DNA of 64,000 nt from the human T2T-CHM13v2.0 reference genome, Homo sapiens: NCBI RefSeq assembly GCF_009914755.1, contig NC_060929.1; one strand, 5' to 3'. Each line of letters begins with the position of its first letter. Within the stretch, counting starts at the first letter, position 1. Positions 1 to 16,454 of the stretch are shown here, in pieces. The notes under the pieces were generated by a model that saw only the letters and a list, made by a program, of their open reading frames with translations, had not been told where the DNA came from and ran no database searches. The position numbers and the translations under genes are program-made.

Positions 1-99
1 GAAGAGATAAGGGCTGGAGACTCTTTTGCTATATCACCTTTTGTGCTTTTGGAATTTCATACCAGCTTCACATATTGGTTATTTCTAGAATTTTATTAT

Positions 100-340
100 T
101 GTGGTAGGCAAAATTTAAAAATTCCCCTCACCTGAGAGTTCTTGTCCTGGAACTCAAAAATATGATTAAAATATCACCCCTCTAATTGTTACGTTATATG
201 GCACAGTTGACCTTAAATGGGAAATTACCTGGAAGACCCATGTAGGCCCTGCAAGTGGGCTTTGAGTCATGTGGGCAGGCAATTCTGGGGTTCTGGGTAT
301 CTGGATTATGGTCTAAACCACAGGGCTTTGTGGATTCCTT
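100..340 (+). mobile_element. MLT1-type MaLR LTR fragment
   Basis: tgtggtaggcaaaat start and MLT1-like internal sequence. Confidence 0.4.
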
Positions 341-379
341 GTTCCCTAGGAAGGGACATGGCAAAAGGAAGGCTAAGTG

Positions 380-911
380 GGGGCTCTGGAGGAGGCAAAA
401 TTTCCCTTTCCTCTTAGGCTCTCTGGCTAGGCTTGAGAATTAAATTGACATAAGATAGATGAATAACAGAAAAGCATACATACTTTATTTAGTAATTTTT
501 ACTTGTACATGGGAGCCCTCACAAGAAAAACGAAACTCAAAGGAGCAATTAGGGCTGAAAGCTTACCTAACAGGCTGGACAAAGAATAGTAAAGTTTGAA
601 AACATGACAAAGAGGTTTGGGGTAGAACACTTAATTGTGGAAAAGTGGCTAGGCAGATAAGGGTTAGTTTAATAAGGTTTTTTGGTACCCGTTTCTCTCT
701 CAGCTTTGACACCCCATCTCTGAGAATAAGAGTGTCTTCCTCCTGGTCAGGGAGGGTACCTTTCACATGAGAGTTTTATCTCTTGCTTTGAGGAAGAAAA
801 AGGAAGATCAGAATGCCATTCTTGCACCTGCTGTTTCTTAAGTGCCTTTAACTCAAAGTAATAGATATGCCAAAATGGCACATTTTGGGGTGGCATGCTC
901 TTTATCCCTAC
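380..911 (-). mobile_element. ERV1-class solo LTR (MER34/MER39-like)
   Basis: Resembles this LTR group in reverse orientation; ends ...ccctaca. Confidence 0.5.
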
Positions 912-2429
912 AAAGCCCGGTCAGGGACCCTGCTACCTGAGCTTTAGGGCAATAGTGTTTACATGACTTCTTTTCCATGAAGCTTTCCTAATATCTCCTC
1001 AGCCTGAGTAAGTTTTTCCTCCCCTGAACTCCTTTATCACTTAATTCTTACCATATGTTGCCTCAGGAAGAAGACATTGAAGCTTTTAGAAGGATAAACT
1101 CTACTCATGAATAGTTGCATCTCAGGAACAGGAGTAGAAGGGGTAGACAACATGTGTTGTAAATTTCAAAACAAACTTTCAAAAAGCATACATTGCTTCC
1201 CATTGTCAGGAAATGTTTCATATGTGTAAGTCACGACTTCTGTACTAGACTGTAAGCTTCTGAGGACAGCAGCATATTGAATCCTTGTATCTACTATAGG
1301 ACCTAATATGTGTATAAGGATGCTTAATGAATATTCATGAAGTGTATGTGAGTAAGTCAACCTGAGACAGAGAATTCTATCTGCATCTGTGTCAAATAGT
1401 ATGTTTTTGATGCAAGAAACAAAATTTCTAATGAACTTAGTTAATAAGGAAGTATATTATCTCCCAAAACAGTTAAAAGAAATTGTGCAGGCTCTGGAAA
1501 CAATCCATGGGGGCTCCAGTTCCATTTGTCTGCTAATATATTTGTCTTCCCTATCTCCTGTGCTATCTTTGTCCTCAGGCAGCCTTCCCTCATGGTCAAA
1601 AAATGGATGCCAATATCAACTGGGACAGAATATTGTCCTCTCACACTGTCAGGAGGGGGCTTTGGAGTGGGGGGCTCAGAAAAAGAGAGAGAGAGGGAGG
1701 GAAGGAGAGAGAGAGGAAAAACCCTCTTCACCCATCATGAAAAGTCCCTCCTTTCAGTCTGAAAGGGCCAACTTGAGTCACAGGGCCTTTGAAACCTGTA
1801 GCCATGGGAATGCCCCAGGAGGACTGACTTCCCACAAGTGGGATGGCATTGCTATAATTGGCTTAGAGTATCCAGGAACCTACCCTGGAGTTGGGGATGG
1901 AGTTAGCTTTTCCTGAGTCACTTGGGGAACACTGAGCCAAATCCCAGATCTCTTAGCAAGAAACCTGAGCAAAATCTCGTTATCTTAGGAAGGAGGAAGC
2001 AGGAGAGTGGACGCTGGGAAGGGAACCATTAGGGTAAACAACACCATCTAAGAGAGATTAGTCTCCCTCCTTTGCTTCCTTTCTTACCTGCCCTAACCTG
2101 GATCTCCCAGGATAAAGAACTAGGACCTTATCTTAGCTTCAGTAAAAGGGCTGTTTTATTATGGTGGCCAAGAGAAATGAGGGGGACTCCAGGAGACAAG
2201 GAGAGGCTTTGTAGATAAACCCTTTCAAGGCTACAAAGTAAAAAGAGAATCACTAGAGGAAAGTTCCTGAATTTTTAGGCAGGAGATTAGGTGGTATCCT
2301 TGGTAACAAATGGATCAAGTGAATTCTGCAGAACAGGGGATGTTGAATGTAGAATCTGAGCATTCCCACCCTTAGGTTTTTGTTTCTCACCAAGAGGCCA
2401 GATCACCTCCCTGAGCCAGCTCTGCAGAC

Positions 2430-3147
2430 AGGACCAACTTCATGGGCATGCGACCCATGCAGACGGTCACCCAGGGCCTGTGCTCAGAAGGGCCAGCCCT
2501 TGAGTTTGACTTAATGCTCTTTCGTCACCACTGGCAATTTTTTTTTTTATTGTACTTTAAGTTCTAGGGTACATGTGCACAACGTGCAGGTTTGTTACAT
2601 ATGTATACATGTGTCATGTTGGTGTGATGCACCCATTAACTCATCATTTACATTAGTTATATCTCCTACTGCTTTCCCTCCCCCCTCCCCCCACCCCACG
2701 ACAGGCCCCAGTGTGTGATGTTCCCCTTCCTATGTCCCAGTGTTCTCATTGTTCAATTCCCACCTATGAGTGAGAACATGCAGTGTTTGGTTTTTTGTCC
2801 TTGCGATAGTTTGCTGAGAATGATGGTTTCCAGCTTCATCCATGTCCCTACAAAGGACATGAACTCATCCTTTTTTATGGCTGCATAGTATTCCGTGGTG
2901 TATATGTGCCACATTTTCTTAATCCAGTCTATCATTGATGGACATTTGGGTTGGTTCCAAGTCTTTGCTATTGTGAATAGAGCTGCAATAAACATACCTG
3001 TGCATGTGTCTTTATAGCAGCATGATTTATAATCCTTTGGGTATATACCCGGTAATGGGATGGCTGGGTGGCAATTTTTAATTTTTGAACATAAGCCCCC
3101 ACATCTTCATTTTGCTTTGAACTTTGTAAATTTCATAGCTAGTCTTG
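2430..3147. mobile_element. MER91-like hAT MITE interrupted by an L1
   Basis: cagg...cttg termini; continues on both sides of the L1 insert. Confidence 0.45.
2538..3069 (-). mobile_element. L1PA 3' end (~530 bp, 5'-truncated)
   Basis: ORF2 C-terminus (2753-2995) and 3'UTR; TSD ggcaattttt. Confidence 0.9.
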
Positions 3148-3289
3148 CTTGTAGGCGAAACCACTCAGTTTCTCTATAAGGAGGTGTAACAAATTCTGCC
3201 CTCATAGTTCAAAATACCTTAGCTAGCACACAATAAAATTTGGGGCAATAAATTTGAGTTTTGTTTTTTTTCCAGTTTGTTGGCTTTTT

Positions 3290-3980
<691 letters not shown>

Positions 3981-4525
3981 AAATTTGAATTCTTTTCTAC
4001 CAGGCTTCCTGATGAGTTTGCAGGTTTTAAAGTACATTATATGCTATGCTGTGTAGTTCTGCTGGTGAGTGCAAAGGCCTAATGATGTGTGGTGTGAAAT
4101 TGCATTTCAATGTGTGTTCTTTTCCTGCACTCTGTTTTCTGCCCTCATTCCTATCTCCCACTGCATCATCTGAGCCTTAGCCACTTTCTCCAAGGAGTGA
4201 GAAAGTGTGGAGGATCAGAGCAGATGTTTCTCTATATCTGTAGAGATAAAGCAAGGTACAGGTAGGTGCTGGGTCAGCAGCATTTGCTTCCTACACAGAG
4301 ACAAAGGATTCCATGTGATGCACTGAGTTTGAACACAGTTCCTGTGCTTAGCATTGATTTGTTCCCATAAGCATTTGTGAACAACTCGTAGTACCTTGTT
4401 TATAGTAGAAGCTCCATAAATAAAATATTAATTAATCAATTTGTTATTTACTCATACATACATTCATTCAACACATTCTTACTGAGCATCTACTGTGTGC
4501 CAGGCACTGCTTTGCTTAGCTGTAA

Positions 4526-5071
<546 letters not shown>

Positions 5072-5079
5072 ATAAAAAA

Positions 5080-5454
5080 CAGTTTTATTGAGATATGATT
5101 CCCATACATACAATTCACCCATTCAAAGTGTACCATTCAATGGCTTGTAGTACATTTAAAGAGTTGTGAGGCTGGGTGCAGTGACTCACGCCTGTAATCC
5201 CAACACTTTGGGAGGCCGAAGTGGGTGGATCACCTGGAGTCAGGAGTTCGAGATGAGCCTGGCCGATATGGTGAAACCCCGACTCCACTAAAAATACAAA
5301 AATTAGCCGGGCATGATGATGCATGCCTGTTACAATCCCAGCTACTCAAGAGGTTGAGGCATGAGAATCGCTTGAACCCAGGAGGCAGAGGTTGCAGTGA
5401 GCCGAGAATCACGCCATTGCACTCCAGCCTGGGTGACAGAGGAAACTCTGTCTC

Positions 5455-5486
<32 letters not shown>

Positions 5487-6430
5487 GTGTATCCATCACC
5501 ACAATCAATTTTAAAGTGTTTTCATTACCCCAGAAAGAAACCTTGCATTCCTTAACTGGCACCCCTTAATAACCCCATGTCCCTCAGCGGTGCCAGGCAA
5601 ACTGATATACTTTTTTTTTTTTTTGTCTCTGTCGATCTGCCTATTCTGGACATGTCCTATGAATATAATAATACATCATGTAGTTCCTTTTGACTGGCTT
5701 CTTCCACTTAATATAATGCTTTCGAGGTTCATTGATGTTGTACCACCTCAGTGTTTTGTTCATTTTTATTACCCAGTATGATTTTGTTGTGTGGATATAC
5801 CAATATTTTATTTATCTACCTTTCAGTTGATGGACATTGGGTTATTTCCACTTTTTAGCTATTATTGAATAATGCTGCTATGAACATTTATATATAAGTA
5901 TGTGGATATATGTTTTATTACTCGAGTATATACCTAGGAGTGGAATTGCTGGATCATATCATAATTCTGTGATTAACCATCTGAGGAACTGCCAGACTGT
6001 TTTCAAAAGCAGCTGTCGCATTTTACATTCTCACCAGCAGTGTACAGGGGTTTTGGTTTTTTACATCCTCACCAAAATGTATTATTATCTTTTTGATTAG
6101 ACATCTTTGTGGATGTGAAGTGGTATCTCACTGAAGTTTTCATTTGGATTTCTTTGATGGCTAATGATGTTGACCATCTTTTTGTGTGCTTGTTTGCTAT
6201 TCGTATATCTTCTTTGGAAAAATGTCTATGCAAATCTTTTGCCCATTTTTGGAGGGTATTGATCTTTCTGTTATTGAGTTTTAAGTGTTCTCTACATATT
6301 CTAGATACAAGTCTCTTATTAGATGTGTGTTTTACACACATTTTCCCCAATTCTGTGGATTGTCTTTTCACTTTTTTGATGGTGTCCTTCCTTTGAAGCA
6401 CAAAAGATTTGAATGTTGATAATATTCAGT
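5080..6430 (-). mobile_element. Old L1M (L1MB-like) 3' region, interrupted by an Alu
   Basis: Degenerate ORF2 C-terminus (ORF 6069-6401: ...[16 protein letters not shown]...). Confidence 0.75.
5170..5483 (+). mobile_element. Alu (AluS-type)
   Basis: Full dimer with long poly(A). Confidence 0.92.
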
Positions 6431-7084
6431 TTAGCTACCAAACTGAGTTTTGAATGATGAGTCAGGGAAGTGAGGACAAGAGGGAATAGCATTCCAGGTT
6501 TAGAACAAGCGGTAGTGCAGAAGCACAAAGATGTAACAGCATAGTTCATTTTAGTCATTCTAGGTAGTTTGGTTTGCCTTGACAAAAGGGCTGTGGGTGA
6601 GAAATGGTGGACAAGAAATCAAACTCATACAAAGTGGTCAACCATGTGAAGATACTAGATTTTATTCTATAATCAATAGGGATCACTAAAAATTGTTAAG
6701 TAGAAGATATGAAAATCAGATTTGCAATTTAGAAAAATCCCTCTTGTGGAGAATGCATGGGAATAGAGTAATGTTAGAGATAGAGAAGTCAGGGGCACTG
6801 ATCATGGTGACAAATGATGACTTGAACTCCAGCAGAAACAGTGTAAATAGAGATTAAGGAATGATTTGAGAGATACAAAGGAAATAGAATGGAAAGTACC
6901 TGGAGGCCATTGAGATTTGGAGGATGAAGGAAAGAATAAAAAATGATTCCTCAGTTTTTGATCTGGGTGGCTTTGTTAAGAAATACAGCTAGGGAAGATA
7001 GTGGAAGGGAATGGGAGTGAAGAAGGTGGGTTCAGTTTTGCAAATGTTGGGTTGAGGTTCCTGAAGAATATCCAGGAGAAGATA

Positions 7085-7480
7085 GTGTTGCAAGTTGGTT
7101 TCTCCCAGAAGCTGACTCTGGAAGGGAGTTAGTATGCAGAATATTTATTAGGGAGTCTTTTTGGGACCACCCTGTGGAAAGGAAAGGAAGGAAGCAGGAT
7201 TGGGCAGAGGGAGAAGTCAGGTGACAGTCCTGGCCCAATGAGAGCCCTGACAGATGGCTCATCAGCATTGTCCTTTGATAAGCTGAGATGGCTGAGCCTG
7301 TATATACCTGGCCGGATCATCTTGGGAAGGATGTGAACTTGGGCAAGGCTGCTCTCTGTGCTTGAGGCAATTCTTAAAGGAGCTGACAGCTGGAGGCATT
7401 TCCTGACCACACCGCCTGCTGCTGGGGCAACAAGTCCTTTCTTAAAAGGGAATCTGCAGGGTCCACGTCAGTGTCTTTTG
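7085..7480 (-). mobile_element. ERVL LTR16-like LTR within L2 sequence
   Basis: Resemblance to the recalled LTR16 consensus. Confidence 0.45.
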
Positions 7481-7659
7481 CACATATGCAGTAGGCAGCC
7501 CTGTGTGTGTGGATCTGGAGAAAGGTACTCACAGAAGGTGGGCCTGGGACAAAAAAAGAGAGTTGGAAGTGGTCAGCATGCATGGCATTCTTGGTGTCAC
7601 ATGACTGAATAGCATCCCTGAGGCAGAGAGTGAAAAATGAGAACAGAGTGGACGAATGC

Positions 7660-9156
7660 TACTGGGGTGCTTTCGAACACGCATAACAGAATTCCTCATT
7701 TAAAATAGCCTAAGCCATAGGGTTTTCTGTCTCAGATAACAAGAAGTCTGGAAGTGGGCAGTTCTGGCATGGTTCATTTGGTGGCCTGGGAATGTCACCA
7801 AGGACCCAGGTGGATTCTTCCATCTGTTCTGCCATGCTCAGCATGTAGGCTTTTATCAGACTTGTCCCATCACAACCACAAGATACCTGCCTCCATTCTG
7901 GAAAGGAAGGGCAGGATAACTGAAAAGGAAAAAACTCACTGTTTCCATCTGCATACTCACATTGTCTACACACTCAGGAACACCAACTGCGTGGGTTTTT
8001 TCCATACCAACCAACTCTCGAACTATCTGGACACCAACTGGACATCCTATAATTCACTCCTGACATTGGAATTAGCACAGACCCCACAGGTTAAGGACTC
8101 GGTCCCACAAGACTGATCCCCACTTCAGACACCAGGTGCAAGTAATGAGTCTCCAGGTTACTCAATTTTTGTCCAACTTAGCTGTAATTTGGGGGTTCCC
8201 ACAAACCCCTCTTCAGGTTTGATAATTTGCTAAGACATCTCACAGAACTCAGGGAAACAAGTTTACTGTTTTATTACATAAGAAAGGATATGATAAAGAA
8301 TACAGATGAACAGCCAGAAGAAGAGGTGTATAGGGCAAGGTCTGGAAGCGTCCAGAGTGCAGGAGCTTCTGCCCCTGTGGAGCTGGGGTTCCACTAGGAG
8401 TGTCATCAAGGACCCAGGTGAATTCTTCCATCTGTGCTGCCATGCTGGGGTGTGCTACTCTCCCAACATGTGGATGTGTTCAGCGACCTAGAAGCTCTCC
8501 AAACCCTGTCAAACCCTGCAGCCATGATCAGTTTATTAATTTCTAGCCCCTCCTCCCTCCCTGGAGGATGTAGGTGGGGCTGGAAGCTTTAAACTTCTAA
8601 TGATGGCTTGGTCTTTCTGGTGACCAGCTCCCATCCTGAAGCCATCCAGGAGTCCACCAAGAGTCACCTCATTAGGACAAAAGATGCTCTTATCACCTTG
8701 GAAATTGCAAGGGACTTAGTAGCTCTGTGCCAGGAACTAGGGTCAAAGACCAAATAATAGAAAAAAAGGTGCTCCTAGCACCTCTATCACTTAGGAAATT
8801 ATAAGTGTTTCAGGAGCTCTGTGCCAGGGACCAGGGATGAAGACCAAATGTATATTTCTTATTATATCACAATATCACAATAACTTTAGTCATTTCTCTC
8901 TTTTCTTTTTTTAAACAGGAATTGGGTATGAAGGGAAGTGGAGTGTCTTTTCCAGAAGCTTCCCACTCCACCCCCAGCAGCCTTCTCCTTACATCTCATT
9001 GGCCAGGGATAAATAGGACTACCATGGTGGTTAAGGATTTGCCCTTGGGGCTGGGGATGAGGCAACCTCGGCTTAGGATGGATACCTGAACAAAAGTGGG
9101 AACAGGAATAAAAGTAGATAAGTCTGTTGAGTAGGCGACCACCAGTGTCTGCTACA
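7660..9156 (-). mobile_element. Old MLT1 (J/K-like) LTR split by MER21
   Basis: MLT1-like halves at 7660-7920 and ~8880-9156, ending ...gtgtctgctaca. Confidence 0.55.
7921..8879 (-). mobile_element. MER21-family solo LTR
   Basis: TG...CA termini, 5-bp TSD ataac (7916-20 and 8880-84), MER21-like internal sequence. Confidence 0.75.
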
Positions 9157-10069
9157 TTGGTTAACACTGATTTTCAATGGAAACAGAAACTGAAAAGGTA
9201 AGGGAGACCAAGGGAGAATAGTCAGATAACTAGAAAAAATAGAATTATGAAATCCAAAGCAAGAGGGAATTTCAATAAGGAAGGTACAATCAATTGTGGC
9301 AAAGGCTGTAGAAAAAGTTAAGAAAAAAAGCTGTGTAGGACCGATGTGTGCCCACTGGACTGGGCAATTCAAAGGTTACTGGATGTGCCTGTGAACCAGT
9401 ATCAGTGAAGCGTGCAGGCAGAAACCAAATTACAGTAGATTGAGGGAGGGAAGGTATCAGGACAGAAAATTATTAACAGAATGGGGTTGTTGATGGCAGG
9501 CAGAAGGGGAGAAGTCAGAAAACCCCCTGGACAAGGTAAGGCTATAGCAATAAAAATAGATCAGTGATTGCTGGGGCTGGGGGCAGAGGAAGGGGGTTCA
9601 TTACAGAGGGGCCCATGAGCATTTTAGAGGGTTATGGAAAGATTCTATTCTTGAATTAGGGGTGGTTACATGCCTCTTTGCATTTGTTGAAACTTGAAGA
9701 ACTGTTCACTTTTTTAAAAGGGTGCATTTTACTTTACATAAATTATGCCTTAATTTAAAAAATGAAAAAAAGAACACGACCCCCACAGCTCCTCTCATTG
9801 GGGTCTGAGCCCCCTCTTTGAAAACTGAGCAGTTTGAATGACCACTGTCCCGACCACAATGTCACTCTGCCCACGATGCCACACCCTGCCCAGACACAGT
9901 AACCTCAGAGATACACCCGGCAGAGTCAGTGCTGAAGAGCCTGCCCATGAAATCATTCAGCACTGGAGGGAAAGTGGTCAGTTATAAATACTTAGTGGAG
10001 ATCATTGTCTGTTTTGACTCCATTATCCATTTCCAAATAAAAACTTCAGCTTATTAGACCCAAGTCTAA

Positions 10070-10368
10070 TTTTTTTTTTTCTTTTTTGAGACGGAATCTT
10101 CCTCTGTCACCCAGGCTGGAGTGTAATGGTGAGATCTCAGCTAACTGCAACTTCCACCTCCTGAGTTCAAGCTATTCTCCTGTCTCAGCCTCCTGACTAG
10201 CTGGGATTACAGGCACCTGCTATCATGCCCAGCTAATTTTTGTATTTTTGTAGAGATAGAGTTTCACCATGTTGGCCAAGCTGGTCTCAAACTCCTGACC
10301 TCAAGGTGATCCGCCCACCTCGGCCTCCCAAAGTACTGGGATTACAGGCATGAACCACCGAGCCTGGC
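10070..10368 (-). mobile_element. Alu (AluS-type)
   Basis: Full dimer. Confidence 0.9.
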
Positions 10369-10583
10369 CTTAATTTTCTTTAACATTTAATTAACATCAA
10401 GTTTAATTCTCTATTTTAATTCTTTGTCATCCTATCAGTATTAACACAGCGATACTTCGGGGAGAATTAGACAATGCCCTCCTCACTCTGAAGTTTTCAC
10501 CCTTTGGGAGGGGGCCCTAAAATATCATTATATGTTTATGTTTTTCAGTGAATCTATTTTTTTGGAGTTTTAGAAATTTTTAT

Positions 10584-11225
10584 ATCATCTCACCCCAGTT
10601 GAAATGGCTTGTGTCAAAAGGACAAGCAATGACAGATGCTGGTGAGGATGTGAAGATTGGGGAACCCTCATACACTGCTGGTGAGAATGTAAATTAGTAG
10701 AGCCACAATGGAGAACAATATGGAGGTTCCTCAAAAAGCTGAAAATAGAGCTACCATATATCCAGCAGTCCCACTGCTGCATATATATCCAGAAGAAAGG
10801 AAATTAATATGTCAAAGAGATGCCTGCACTACCATATTTATTGTAGCACTATTCATAATAGCCAAAATATGGAATCAACCTAAGTGCTCATCAACAGATG
10901 AATGGATAAGGAAAATGTGGCATATATGCACAACTGAATATTATTCAGCCATAAAAAGTAATGAAATCCTATCATTTGCAGCAACACTGATGGAACTGGA
11001 GGCCATTATGTCAAATGAATAGCCAGGCACAGAAAGACAAATACTGCCTGTTCTCACTCATAAGTGGGAGCTAAAAAAGTGGATCTCATGATGGTACAGA
11101 GTACACTGGTGGTTTCCAGAGCCTGGGAAGGAAAGGGAAAAGGGGGTATAAAGGGAAAAAAGGGATGTAAATATATTTATTACCATTGAACTGTATACTT
11201 GATAAAGATAAATAGTTAAAAAAAT
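10584..11225 (+). mobile_element. L1MA-type 3' end
   Basis: Degenerate ORF2 C-terminus (ORF 10708-11022). Confidence 0.8.
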
Positions 11226-11251
11226 ACACACTGACAAATATAGGGAGGAAT

Positions 11252-11790
11252 TGTTAGGGAAGGAGAGCCAGAGTAATACCATTTTAAGTTCAGCTCCATC
11301 TTGAGAATAACAAGGCACATTCCTTGCCAGTCATGACCCATAGCCATAAGATGTTTATAGTTGAGGAAAAGCCTAAAGATACCTATAAGGATATACTCCT
11401 ACAACAGCAGAAAGTCCAGATGTCCCAATACCCATAGCAGTATATGCTTCCAAGATAGTTACAGTTATGCTTTGATGTATTTACACAGTAGAATGTCAAG
11501 GACAGTTTTCTTGAAATCAGTAGAATAATAAATTTGTCATGCTGTCTGCCCACCTGCACATAGACACAGGTTAGCTTAGCATTTACATAGACAAAACCCC
11601 TATATAAGAAAAACTTAAAGATGAGGCGTTTCTCTGTTTGTTTTCTGAGGATGCCCTACTCTATATCTGAGTAGCTTTCAGTAAACTATCTCTTCTCACT
11701 GCACTCTGCAACTTGCCTGAAATTTCTTCCTGCATGAGATCCAAGAACTCTCTCTTGGGGTCTGGATTGGGACCCCTTTTTCCAGCAACA
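11252..11790 (+). mobile_element. ERV1 solo LTR (LTR26-like)
   Basis: TG...CA termini; 4-bp TSD gaat. Confidence 0.7.
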
Positions 11791-12151
11791 GAATGACATA
11801 GAAAGTCCTTATAGACCAAAGGCTACCACTGCTAACTTTCTGGTGTTTTTCTTGTATATCGTTTTAATCCAATATCATATATAATTTCGTTCAAAATGGA
11901 ATCCTATACATTCCGTTTTAAAACTTGCTTTTTTTTTCATTTCTTGTGTCTTTCTCTAACTCCAATGGTTTTAAAAACCAGACAAAAATATTAAACAATT
12001 AGCTAACAAACCTTAAAAAAATGACCTAAAGCTTCATTGTTAAAAAATGCATAGTAACTTTATTAAGCAAAAGTTTCCTTTCATCTTAATCATTTATCAT
12101 TAGCACCTGGCATTTACGAATTTCATCACAGGGTGAAAAACAATGTAATCA

Positions 12152-12360
12152 TTGGGTACACATGGACATAAAGATGGGAACGATAGACACTGAAAACTAC
12201 TAGATGGGGGAGGGAGGGGGCAAGTGCTGAAAAACTACCTATTGGGTACTATGCTCACTACCTGGGTGATGGGATCATTCATACTGCAAACCTCAGTGTC
12301 ACACAATTTACTCATGTAACAAGCCTGCATATGTACCCCCTGAATCTGAAATAAAAGTTG
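12152..12360 (+). mobile_element. L1 3'UTR fragment
   Basis: L1PB/MA-type 3' terminal sequence ending aataaaagttg. Confidence 0.75.
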
Positions 12361-12363
12361 TAA

Positions 12364-13750
<1,387 letters not shown>

Positions 13751-14202
13751 AAAGTTGTAACTATTTTGAAGAAAAACAATGTAATCTAAGAGCAGACTGG
13801 CAGAATGTCGACCAGCCATCTTTGGTACATATTTGTTGAGGTTTTCTCTGTGCCAAGCCTATGCCTGGTAGTGTAGAGCATTCAAGAAAAGCCCGAGATA
13901 TTTATTACTGCCCTCAAAGAGAAAGTCTTCCATATTCCCAGATCTGAGAAATTTCACTCTCAAGTTTCCCCTGTCATGAGCAGCACTCTGGTGTCCTTAC
14001 AGTCACTTGCAAGCATGCCTGTTCTCAGCAGACCTTAAGCCTCTGTGCTGAACAGTCACAGGGCTTAAGGACCTTCAAGAACTCACTTCAGTAGTTTCCA
14101 GGAAAGACTATATTGAGGTCCTCTTACTGTGCCCTGCTGCTGCTTTAAAATATCAGAAAGTGGAAAATGGTAGTGTGGATGTGGACCTTCGTTTATCTAT
14201 CT

Positions 14203-14314
14203 CAAGCTTGTCCAACCTGCGGGCCGTGGGCTGCATGCTGCCCAGGACAGCTTTGAATATGGCCCAACACAAATTCATAAACTTTTAAAACATGATGAGG
14301 ATTTTATTTTTGGC

Positions 14315-14354
<40 letters not shown>

Positions 14355-14451
14355 CTGATCAGCTGTCCTTAGTGTTAATGTATTTTATGTGTGGCCCAAG
14401 ACAATTCTCCTTCCATTGTGGCCCAGGGAACCAAAAGATTGGAAACCACTG
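14203..14451. mobile_element. MER30 hAT MITE with an expanded T-run
   Basis: MER30-like sequence; 8-bp TSD atctatct. Confidence 0.8.
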
Positions 14452-15231
14452 ATCTATCTAGTTCAACCTGCTCATTTTACAGATGAAAGAACTTGCTTTA
14501 GGGAGATGATCCTCCACCTACTTTGTTAGGGTGCTTGGTGAACAGTGATCATGAACCAGGCATTTTTGCTGGTATTTATACTCATTTATATATTGATTGG
14601 TATCTTTCCTTGTTCCAAGAAGGATTTAAGACCAAATGTCTGGCATTAAGAAACCCACACGTAAAGAAAACAGATGAGCTCTCAGTGTGTGCTACTGAGA
14701 ACATTTTTTCTCACCTAGATAGGAAGTGGGGCTATTTTCTTCAAAGCAACTAAATCTGTCATTTATTTATATTTATTTATATATTATTTATACAATATGC
14801 TATTATTTATTTATACAATCAAAATCTCTATATTAATCCTTCCCTCTGCCCTCATTGGAAGAAATATTCTGCATACATGAATATATCCTTTAAAAATTTT
14901 AATTAAAAAAACTTGTAAAACTTATCATTTTAAGCATTTTAAAGTATACAATTCAGTGGCATTAAGCACATTTGTAATGTTGCACAACCATCTCCACTAT
15001 CCATTTGCAGAACTTTTTCATCATCCCAAATAGAAGCTCTGTACCCATTAAATAATAATTTCCCATTCCCTCCTCTCTCTAGAAATGAAGAAACAGTTTC
15101 TCCATTCCTTCTCTCTATTATACTTTCTATCTCTATGAACTTGCCTACTCTGGGTACCTCACCCATATTAGTGGAACCGTACAATATTTGTCCTTCTGTG
15201 ACTGACTTATTTTACTAAGCATAATATTTTC

Positions 15232-15537
<306 letters not shown>

Positions 15538-16149
15538 AAGCATAATATTTTCAAGGTTCATCCATGTTGTAACATGTATCAGAATTCCCTTCCCTTTTAA
15601 GGTTGAATAATATTCCATTGTATGTACATAACACATTTTGTTTATCCATTAATCCATTGGTGGACATCTTGGTTATTTCCACCTTTTGGCTATTGTGAAT
15701 TAGGCCGCTATGGACACGGATGTGCAAATATCTGTTTGAGACCCTTTCAATTCTTTCGTGTATATGCTCAGAAGTGGAATTCCTGGATCATGTGGTAATT
15801 TTATGTTTAACTTTTTGATGAACTACTGTACTGTTTTCCACAGCAGAAAACATTACCACCAGCAATGCACAAGGGTACAATTTCTGCACAGTTCACCAAC
15901 ATTTGTGATTTTCTGTTTTTTGATAATAGCCATTCCAATAGGTGTGAATTGATATTTCATTATGGTTTTGATTTGCATTTCTGTAATGACTAGTGATATT
16001 GAGTATCTTTTCATGTGCTTACTGGCCATTTGTATATCTTTAAAAAAATGTCTATTAAGTTCTTTGCCCATTTTTAAAGGATTTTTTGGCCGTTGAGTTG
16101 TAGGACTTCTTTATATATTCTGGATATTAATCCCTTATGAGATATATAA

Positions 16150-16454
<305 letters not shown>

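Noticed and set aside
1389-1916. 175-aa plus-strand ORF
   Set aside because: Non-ATG start, contains a GA-rich low-complexity stretch, has no recognisable domain, and probably overlaps old repeat sequence.
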